NCBI GenBank assembly: GCA_965370735.1
Contig: CBDUVS010000001.1
Coordinates: 1 to 24,163, forward strand
Length of the DNA: 24,163 nt
DNA from: an uncultured bacterium
GTDB lineage: Bacteria > Omnitrophota > Gorgyraeia > JAGLLT01
Reading direction: 5' to 3'
Shown: piece after piece, positions 17,595-24,163 of the stretch
How the letters are laid out: each line of letters starts with the position of its first letter
Position numbering within the stretch: position 1 is the first letter of the stretch
Notes under the pieces: generated by a model
What the model was told of the DNA's origin: nothing
The model's input: only the letters and a program-made list of their open reading frames with translations
Database searches by the model: none
Program-made: the position numbers and the translations under genes

Positions 17595-18760
17595 CTTGAA
17601 TTTAACCTTTCTATTATTTTTTGGGCATCTAATCGTGATTGATTATCAATTAAGAGTACATCCTCAAGATTGTGCTTCTTTAATGGTTTATGTTTTTTCA
17701 ATGCTTTTTCTATTACTATCGGTATATCAGTAAACCTAATTCTTTTGTCTAAAAAAGCCCAGACGGCAACCTCATTAGCAGCATTTAAAACAATAGGATA
17801 GGTATATCCTTTCCTGGCTGCTTGATAAGCTAATTTCAAGCAAGGAAATTTACTAATATCGGCTTCTAAAAAAGTCATTTTATTATTCTCAATAAAATTA
17901 ACTCTTTGGACTAAAGTTTTAAACCTCTCAGGGTACGAAAGGGCATATTCTATGGGAAGCTTCATGTCAGGACTTGCCATTTGAGCAAGAATACTCCCAT
18001 CTGAAAATTCCACCATCGAATGAATAATCGCCTCCGGATGGATTAAAACCTTAATTTTACCTAAGGATATACCAAATAAATGCATGGCTTCTATTACTTC
18101 TAAACCTTTATTCATTAAAGTTGCGGAATCAATAGTAATTTTTTTACCCATAGACCACTTGGGATGATTTAGCGCTTCTTTTGGGGTGATATTTCTTAAT
18201 TTACTTTTGGGCGTTTTCATTAATGGCCCGCCTGAACCCGTTAGGTATATCTTTGCGGGCTTATATTTTTTACCTTCGAGGCATTGAAATATGGCACTGT
18301 GCTCAGAATCCACAGGAATAATTGTCGCTTCATGTTTCTGAGCTAAATTCATAACTATTTTACCAGCTATAACCAAAGATTCCTTATTAGCTAAAGCTAT
18401 TGTCTTTGAAGACTTTATTGCCTCAATTAACGGTAGAAGGGCTGAAGTGCCGGATATAGCCATGATAATTATATCAATGTCTTTTCTTTTCGCTAAATTA
18501 ATAACAGCTTTATTGCCCGCGTTAAATTCTGTTTTTATTTTGCCAATACTGTTTTTTATTTCATCCGCGGCTTTCACATCCGCCATAACAGCATAATCAG
18601 GTTGATATTCTTTTATCTGCTTAAGAAATTTTTTAGACTGTCGGCAAGTTACAAGCGCTTTTATTTCAAAATCATCCTTGAAGTATTTAAGTACTTCAAG
18701 AGCACTCTTTCCGATCGAACCGGTTGAACCGAATATGGCAACTCTCTTTCTTTTAATCAT
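17588..18760 (-). CDS. dxr: 1-deoxy-D-xylulose-5-phosphate reductoisomerase
   Basis: GSTGSIG, LANKESLV, PVDSEHSAIFQ, HPKWSMGKKITIDSATLMNKGLEVIEA, LNAANEVAV. Confidence 0.98.
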   Translation of the reverse strand: MIKRKRVAIFGSTGSIGKSALEVLKYFKDDFEIKALVTCRQSKKFLKQIKEYQPDYAVMADVKAADEIKNSIGKIKTEFNAGNKAVINLAKRKDIDIIIMAISGTSALLPLIEAIKSSKTIALANKESLVIAGKIVMNLAQKHEATIIPVDSEHSAIFQCLEGKKYKPAKIYLTGSGGPLMKTPKSKLRNITPKEALNHPKWSMGKKITIDSATLMNKGLEVIEAMHLFGISLGKIKVLIHPEAIIHSMVEFSDGSILAQMASPDMKLPIEYALSYPERFKTLVQRVNFIENNKMTFLEADISKFPCLKLAYQAARKGYTYPIVLNAANEVAVWAFLDKRIRFTDIPIVIEKALKKHKPLKKHNLEDVLLIDNQSRLDAQKIIERLNSRC

Positions 18761-18771
18761 AATAATCTTTT

Positions 18772-19578
18772 CTATAAAATATATTTAAGATACAAGTATA
18801 CTATCGGAGCGGAAAAGAGGATGCTGTCCAACATATCAAGCACACCGCCTTGGCCTGGTATCAAATTACCCGAATCTTTCACCGTACAATCGCGCTTAAT
18901 AAGAGATTCTGAGAGATCTCCCAGCTGCGCGGCTAAACCGATTAAAACACCCAAGACTAAAAGATGGGGCAAAGATATGTGACTAAGGTAAGCTTTGCTT
19001 AAAAAAGCCGCTAAGACACTAAAACAAAATCCTCCAATTGCGCCTTCAATAGATTTATTGGGACTTATTTCTTTTAAGAGTTTATGCCGGCCAAACATTT
19101 TTCCTATAAAAAAAGCCCCGGCATCAGACGCCTTACAAACTAAAATGGTAAAGAAAACTAAAAGGCATCCGTCTTCAAATTGTCTAACTTTCAAAAGATA
19201 GCTAGCTAACCAACTTACATAGATAACTCCAAAAACCGTAGTAGAAATACCTAAAATTGAATCCGTATGATCCTTTTTGAAAAATTGTAAAGCAAAAAAA
19301 AGTATGAAAGCCAGTAATAAAAAAGCCAGAACCAACTCCTCTACCGGTTTTAATATGATAAGCGGAATAACCAACCCCATAAAAATACCGGTTTTTTTGT
19401 AAACAGGTACGCCTTTTTTAAGTATCATGTCAAAAAATTCACTTAATCCAAAGCCGATAAAGAACATTAACCAGATCATAAAAACCCAGGAAGGCCACAC
19501 AAAGATTGAAACCAGAGTCATACTGACAAGGATAACATTTAAAAAAATTCTTTTAACTAAAAATTCAGACTTTACCAT
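18772..19578 (-). CDS. cdsA: phosphatidate cytidylyltransferase
   Basis: Hydrophobic protein with SDAGAFFIG..FG, ISPNKSIEG, GDLSESLIKR....KDSG.LIPG.GG.LD..DS. Confidence 0.95.
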   Translation of the reverse strand: MVKSEFLVKRIFLNVILVSMTLVSIFVWPSWVFMIWLMFFIGFGLSEFFDMILKKGVPVYKKTGIFMGLVIPLIILKPVEELVLAFLLLAFILFFALQFFKKDHTDSILGISTTVFGVIYVSWLASYLLKVRQFEDGCLLVFFTILVCKASDAGAFFIGKMFGRHKLLKEISPNKSIEGAIGGFCFSVLAAFLSKAYLSHISLPHLLVLGVLIGLAAQLGDLSESLIKRDCTVKDSGNLIPGQGGVLDMLDSILFSAPIVYLYLKYIL

Positions 19579-20275
19579 ATCTTCTTTCTCTTTTCTGAAA
19601 ATCGGAAATAACTTCAGACAAGTCTTCTTTTGTAAAATCAGGCCACATCTTTTTACTAAAATAAAACTCCGCGTAAGATAATTGCCATAAAAGAAAATTA
19701 CTTAATCTTAGTTCATAAGAAGTTCTGATTAATATGTCCGGATCGGGTATTTGTGAGGTATATAGATATTCGCTAAATACATCTTCATTAATTTTATTTA
19801 AATTAATCTTATTGTTTTTTACATCGTAAGCTATATTCTTTGCGGCTTGAACTATCTCCTGCCTACTGCCATAACTTAAAGCCAATACTACAGTCATGTT
19901 AGAATTATCTTTTGTGCTCTCAATGGTTTGATGAAGCCTTCGGGCAACATCATCAGGAAGCATACTAAGTTCACCTATAGCCAGTAAACGTATTCCATTT
20001 TTATTAAACTTTTTATCAGCTTTAGCGAGATAAGTCTTTAAATATGCCATTAAAGCCTTTATCTCCGCTTTAGGCCGTTTCCAGTTTTCACGAGAAAAGG
20101 CATATAATGTTAGATACTTTATGCCGAATTCTAATCCTGCTTCAATTATCTTTTCGACAGTTTCAACGCCAGCCTTATGGCCCATTATCCGCGGCAACCC
20201 TTTCCGGGCGGCCCACCGGCCATTACCGTCCATAATTATAGCAATATGTTGGGGGGTTCTTATATTGTCCTGCAT
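19565..20275 (-). CDS. uppS: undecaprenyl diphosphate synthase (cis-prenyltransferase)
   Basis: HIAIIMDGNGRWA, GHKAG, TLYAFSRENWKRP, LSYGSRQEI, PDPDILIRTS, RLSNFLLWQ, RRYG. Confidence 0.97.
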   Translation of the reverse strand: MQDNIRTPQHIAIIMDGNGRWAARKGLPRIMGHKAGVETVEKIIEAGLEFGIKYLTLYAFSRENWKRPKAEIKALMAYLKTYLAKADKKFNKNGIRLLAIGELSMLPDDVARRLHQTIESTKDNSNMTVVLALSYGSRQEIVQAAKNIAYDVKNNKINLNKINEDVFSEYLYTSQIPDPDILIRTSYELRLSNFLLWQLSYAEFYFSKKMWPDFTKEDLSEVISDFQKRERRYGKV

Positions 20276-20281
20276 TTTATG

Positions 20282-20311
20282 AAAAAAGGGGGGATATTAA
20301 TCATATCCCCC
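20282..20311 (-). terminator. intrinsic terminator after the OmpA/MotB lipoprotein gene
   Basis: Minus strand GGGGGATAT-GATTA-ATATCCCCC (9-bp stem), then C and T6; about 30 nt after the stop at 20341. Confidence 0.85.
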
Positions 20312-20340
20312 AATGTTAATCTCTATTTATCTTTGGTAAA

Positions 20341-20991
20341 TTACTTTATAAATTCATCATAATCATCAAACGCTGAACCTGATCCCTTTGGCGCTTTCAG
20401 GCCCTCATTGGGAAGAATTATAATTTCAACTCTTCTATTCATCTGCTTACCCTCAGGGGTATCATTGGATGCGATTGGTTGATACGGCCCATATCCTGTA
20501 GCCGATAATCTTTGAGGATTTATACCTTTATCATCTTCAAAATAATGCAATACATTCAATGCTCTTTGAGCTGAAAGTTCCCAATTAGATTTCCAACGAG
20601 AAAATTTAATAGGCACATTATCCGTGTGCCCTTCAATGGCAATATCCTCACTCATTGGCCCTAAGACATTCGCTACCTTATTAAGAACTGTTTGTCCTTG
20701 AGGTTTTACCTTGGCCTTGCCTGAGCCAAAAAGTACTTCCGCGACTACAGTGACAACTAAGCCGCGCTGACCCATAGTTACACTAACATCTCCCCGGGCA
20801 ATTTCTTTTTGCAGCTGTCTTTCCAACTCAGCCTTAGTACTTCTCAATTCATCTAATTGCTGACTTAGGCTTTTAATTGTCTGGACATCTTGGGGGCTTC
20901 TCTTGTGCACACCAATAGCACACCCGGCTAAGAGCATCATCATGACTGCCGACACAAAATAAAAACCAAACTTCTTCATGCTTTTTTCCAT
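20341..20991 (-). CDS. OmpA/MotB-family peptidoglycan-binding lipoprotein with coiled coil (216 aa; start revised to 20991)
   Basis: SD-like AAGGGGTG before the ATG at 20991; signal peptide ending in lipobox LAGC; coiled coil; motifs LF.SG.A, IEGHTDN, NWELSAQRA..V, GYG...P...N.T.EG...NRRVEI. The track start at 21039 lies inside the predicted promoter. Confidence 0.88.
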   Translation of the reverse strand: MEKSMKKFGFYFVSAVMMMLLAGCAIGVHKRSPQDVQTIKSLSQQLDELRSTKAELERQLQKEIARGDVSVTMGQRGLVVTVVAEVLFGSGKAKVKPQGQTVLNKVANVLGPMSEDIAIEGHTDNVPIKFSRWKSNWELSAQRALNVLHYFEDDKGINPQRLSATGYGPYQPIASNDTPEGKQMNRRVEIIILPNEGLKAPKGSGSAFDDYDEFIK

Positions 20992-21008
20992 ATCTTCACC
21001 CCTTACTT

Positions 21009-21030
21009 TTCTGTAATTATAATAACAGAA
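21009..21030. promoter_or_regulatory. 22-bp near-perfect palindrome over the -10 element (candidate operator)
   Basis: ttctgtaattataataacagaa; 10 of 11 symmetric pairs match. Confidence 0.45.
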
Positions 21031-21047
21031 TTCACACAAGGTGTCAA
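21019..21047 (-). promoter_or_regulatory. sigma70-type promoter for the lipoprotein gene
   Basis: TTGACA (21047-21042), 17-nt spacer containing extended -10 TG (21027-21026), TATTAT (21024-21019); a perfect TATAAT also lies at 21021-21016. Confidence 0.75.
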
Positions 21048-21070
21048 CCTATCAAGATAAATTATTAAAT

Positions 21071-23266
21071 TTACTTCATAAATATCGGCGCTATCGGAAA
21101 CAATGAAGCAAATAACAATGAAACGACCGACATAAGTTTAATCAGAATATCCAACGAAGGCCCCACCGTATCTTTCAAAGGGTCTCCGAATGTATCTCCC
21201 GCGACAGCAGCCGCGTGAGCCTTTGAACCCTTACCGCCAAATTTTCCGGTCTCAATAAATTTTTTAGCATTATCAAGAGCTCCTCCCGTATTAGCACACA
21301 ATAAGGCTAATAGAAGGGCTGATAGCAAAGACCCAAATAAGAAACCGGCTAATGCTATACGGCCTAGGACCATTCCTATAAATAAAGGTGTACCTACGGC
21401 AATCAGTGCCGGAAAGACCATTTTTTTCAAACTATGGCTTGATGAAATGGCAATGCATTTGTTGTAATCAGGCACCACCTCCCCTTTTAAAATTCCCGGT
21501 TTTTCTTTAAACTGCCGCCTGATTTCAATAATCATCTTATCGGCCGTTTCACTTACCGATTCAATCAGTAAAGATGAAAATGCGTATGGAACCATAGCGC
21601 CCAACATAAGACCCGCGATAACATAGGCCCCCACCTCCGGACTTAAAAGATGAATATTTGGTAGAGTGATCTCCTGAGAGCTACCGATAGCCGACCAGAG
21701 ATACGCCGCTATTAGGCCTAAAGACGCGAACGCCGCTGAACCTATAGCAAATCCCTTTCCTATAGCCGCGGTCGTATTGCCAATAGAATCTAATTCATCG
21801 GTAACCTCTCTCACCTTAGGTGGTAAGTTTGCCATCTGGCTAATACCGCCGGCGTTATCAGCAATAGGGCCGTAAGTATCTACAGAAACTGTCATAACTA
21901 CAAAGGAAAGCATGCCCAAAGCAGTATACGTAATAGCAACCAATCCTCCAAGCTGATAAGCAAAAATTGTAGCCGTGGAGATAATCAATACCGGCCAAAA
22001 TGAAGATTTCATTCCCAATCCTAAACCGGTAGCTACCGCGACACCGGCACCACCCTGGCAGGTTTCAGCCAATTTTTTAACCGGCTTAAAATTATAGGAA
22101 GTAAAATATTCACTGGTGAAACCTATAAGGATTCCTGAACCAAGTCCAATTACCACAGACCAGAATGGAACCAGGTTGAAAGGACTTAATTTACTTACAA
22201 TGAAATAAGTGAAAGCGGCAGTTAATAAGGCGCTTAATCTGGTGCCATTCATTAAAGTAGCGTGAGCATTTTCACTTTTAGATAAAGTTACAAAAAGAAT
22301 TCCTACCAACGATGCAATTATACCGCCGGCAACTAAAAGAATTGGTAAATACAAGGCTCCCGCGAAATTAGCGCCCGATAAATTAGTCAGGCCAAGCTTA
22401 CTCAATATGCCGCTCATTATATCAGGGTTAGACCTGCCCACATAAATATAAAGCGTTATTATAATAACTGAAATAACAGCACCAACAAAAGACTCTAATA
22501 AATCCGCTCCCAGACCACCAACATCACCTACATTATCTCCAACGTTATCAGCAATAGTCGCTGGATTTCTGGCATCATCCTCCGGAATGTTCTCCTCAAT
22601 CTTTCCTACCATATCGGCTGCCATATCAGCGGCTTTTGTAAAAATACCGCCACCAACCCTATCAAAAAGAGCCACCAGGGAAGCACCCATTGAATAGGCG
22701 CTAATAATAAGAGCGCCTTTAATAAAGTTTATTTCACGACCGCCGAGCATATCGCTTATCAATGGAACTCTGATACTTTCAATGCCAAGATTTTCAGCTA
22801 TAAACTGAGACCTAAACATCCAGATTACTAAACATAATCCTAATAACGCGATGGAACCAACAGAAATTCCCATAACAGCTCCACCTGAAAAAGCTACCTT
22901 TAAAGCTTTCGAAAAACCTCCGCCAGCAGCTTGAGCGGTTCTCACATTGGCATTAGTGGCCATATTCATACCTATAAAGCCCGCCAAGCCGGAACAAAAT
23001 GTTCCTATGGCAAAACTGATAGCTATCTGCCAATCCCATATGGCCCATAAAACCGCGCCTATTATCACTACGGCCGCAAGCATTACCCTGGCTTCCTCAA
23101 ACATAAACATCATCGAGCCAGACCGTATATAGCCGTGAACCTCGGTCATTTTTTCATTACCCTTATCTTGCCTCATGACAAAAGAAGCTAAAATTTTTGC
23201 AACCGCCAGGCCTAAAAGGCAGACTACAGCAGGTATTATTAAATACCAAATGTTGTCAAGAATCAT
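21071..23266 (-). CDS. hppA: membrane-bound pyrophosphatase, K+-dependent type, probably Na+-translocating
   Basis: GGGIFTKAADMAAD.VGK.E..IPEDD.RNPATIADNVGDNVGD, GPIADNAGGI, GNTTAAIGKGFAIGSA, DNAKK, GDPLKDTVGPSL; many transmembrane segments. Confidence 0.96.
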   Translation of the reverse strand: MILDNIWYLIIPAVVCLLGLAVAKILASFVMRQDKGNEKMTEVHGYIRSGSMMFMFEEARVMLAAVVIIGAVLWAIWDWQIAISFAIGTFCSGLAGFIGMNMATNANVRTAQAAGGGFSKALKVAFSGGAVMGISVGSIALLGLCLVIWMFRSQFIAENLGIESIRVPLISDMLGGREINFIKGALIISAYSMGASLVALFDRVGGGIFTKAADMAADMVGKIEENIPEDDARNPATIADNVGDNVGDVGGLGADLLESFVGAVISVIIITLYIYVGRSNPDIMSGILSKLGLTNLSGANFAGALYLPILLVAGGIIASLVGILFVTLSKSENAHATLMNGTRLSALLTAAFTYFIVSKLSPFNLVPFWSVVIGLGSGILIGFTSEYFTSYNFKPVKKLAETCQGGAGVAVATGLGLGMKSSFWPVLIISTATIFAYQLGGLVAITYTALGMLSFVVMTVSVDTYGPIADNAGGISQMANLPPKVREVTDELDSIGNTTAAIGKGFAIGSAAFASLGLIAAYLWSAIGSSQEITLPNIHLLSPEVGAYVIAGLMLGAMVPYAFSSLLIESVSETADKMIIEIRRQFKEKPGILKGEVVPDYNKCIAISSSHSLKKMVFPALIAVGTPLFIGMVLGRIALAGFLFGSLLSALLLALLCANTGGALDNAKKFIETGKFGGKGSKAHAAAVAGDTFGDPLKDTVGPSLDILIKLMSVVSLLFASLFPIAPIFMK

Positions 23267-23270
23267 TAGT

Positions 23271-24163
23271 CTATCCTCTTTTTTTAGTTAAAATTTGCGA
23301 ACGCTTCGAACCAACTGAAACCATATATATACCTACCCCGCAAAGTTCCGAAATCCGCCTTAAATAACTACGGGCTTCCTTAGGTAAGTCTGAATACTTC
23401 TTTGATTTGCTTATATCTTTTAGCCAACCCTTATGTTTTTCATAAACAGGTTTGCATTTCTGCAGAATCTCTACGTTGGCCGGCATATTCTTGTAAACAC
23501 GTCCTTGATATTTATAACCGGTACATATCTTTATTTCTTTTAATTCATCTAAAACATCCAGCTTGGTTACTATAATATCATTTAAACCATTGACCAAAGC
23601 AGAATGTCTGCCGACTACCGCGTCAAACCAACCACATCGCCTCGGCCTGCCTGTTGTAGCCCCAAACTCTTCGCCTTTATTTCTAACTTTCACGAGTATG
23701 TCATCTGGAAAAACAGTCGGTAAGGGCCCTTCTCCAACTCTGGTGGTATAAGCCTTGATTACTCCTATAACTCTATCAATATTAGTAGGCCCTAAGCCCG
23801 TACCCGTAAAAGCTCCCCCTACTGAAGCATTAGAACTGGTAACAAACGGGTATGTTCCAAAGTCAACATCCAGCAGAGTTCCTTGGGCACCTTCGAGTAA
23901 AATGTTTTTCTTATTAACTACGGCCTCATTCAAAACAACAGAACAATTCCCAACCAATGGTTTTATCTGTCTGGCATATTCCAAATATTCTTTTAATATC
24001 GCCTTATAACTAAAACCCTTAAAATTATATGTTTTTTTAAAAATCTTATTCTTCTCTTTTAAATTTGCCTGTCGTTTTACCTTAAAAATCTCCGGTTCTA
24101 CTAAATCGCACACCCTAATTCCACATCGAGCTGCCTTATCAGTATAACAGGGGCCGATTCCTC
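23271..24163 (-). CDS. purA: adenylosuccinate synthetase, 5' part outside the window
   Basis: Frame is open to the right edge and reads GIGPCYTDKAARCGIRV before the track GTG; EGAQGTLLD.DFGTYPFVTSS, YTTRVGEGP, GATTGRPRRCGW.D, SVG. Confidence 0.97.
   Translation of the reverse strand, partial: GIGPCYTDKAARCGIRVCDLVEPEIFKVKRQANLKEKNKIFKKTYNFKGFSYKAILKEYLEYARQIKPLVGNCSVVLNEAVVNKKNILLEGAQGTLLDVDFGTYPFVTSSNASVGGAFTGTGLGPTNIDRVIGVIKAYTTRVGEGPLPTVFPDDILVKVRNKGEEFGATTGRPRRCGWFDAVVGRHSALVNGLNDIIVTKLDVLDELKEIKICTGYKYQGRVYKNMPANVEILQKCKPVYEKHKGWLKDISKSKKYSDLPKEARSYLRRISELCGVGIYMVSVGSKRSQILTKKRG

Noticed and set aside
20992-21039. 16-aa N-terminal extension (MCEFCYY...) of the lipoprotein ORF with a CxxC
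   Set aside because: The TTG start lies inside the predicted promoter spacer; the SD and signal peptide fit the ATG at 20991.
21013-21040. LexA, CRP or Rex box at the lipoprotein promoter
   Set aside because: CTGT/ACAG spacing is 10 rather than 8, and only a single TGTGA half-site is present.
124-24009. The other 61-92 aa ORFs in the track (for example 124-324, 958-1155, 7683-7961, 10885-11124, 12753-13022, 14307-14564, 23755-24009)
   Set aside because: All overlap well-supported genes, almost all on the opposite strand, and show shadow-like composition with no domain evidence.
24111-24113. GTG start of a 280-aa standalone ORF
   Set aside because: The frame continues to the window edge with conserved PurA sequence, so this is an internal Val.
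1-24163. tRNA, rRNA, CRISPR array, IS or prophage, T-box or riboswitch
   Set aside because: All intergenic gaps are under 90 nt and mostly explained by promoters or terminators; no repeat-spacer array or transposase, integrase or phage ORF was seen.
1-24163. Impression that CCGG and AGCT words are over-represented
   Set aside because: I cannot count this reliably by eye and codon usage may explain it; a Markov-model k-mer test would be needed.

Overview
AT-rich bacterial core-genome window. Every gene is on the minus strand except a left-edge DUF2148-like Fe-S protein gene. In transcription order: purA (5' end outside window), hppA (membrane pyrophosphatase), OmpA/MotB-domain lipoprotein, uppS-cdsA-dxr-rseP-ispG-proS, rimP-nusA-infB, trpS-scpA-scpB, pheA-hisC-aroF-tyrA-cmk-plsC, rpsA. 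Most junctions overlap or nearly abut. No tRNA, rRNA, CRISPR array or mobile element was seen, and I found no convincing new multi-gene system. The main oddities are: infB split by a +1 frameshift in an A6/(GAAA)3 tract; a promoter plus attenuator-like terminator in front of rimP-nusA; a TrpRS with a C-x22-C-x6-C-x2-C [4Fe-4S] motif; a Thermotoga-like K+-dependent, probably Na+-pumping PPase with a substituted conserved Trp; a 22-bp palindrome over the lipoprotein promoter; and exact nucleotide repeats between S1 domains of rpsA. The gene content suggests a diderm anaerobe. The short NusA N-terminal domain and gene order remind me of Candidatus Omnitrophota (PVC), which is an unverified inference. 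All family assignments come from motif recognition and recall, not database searches.
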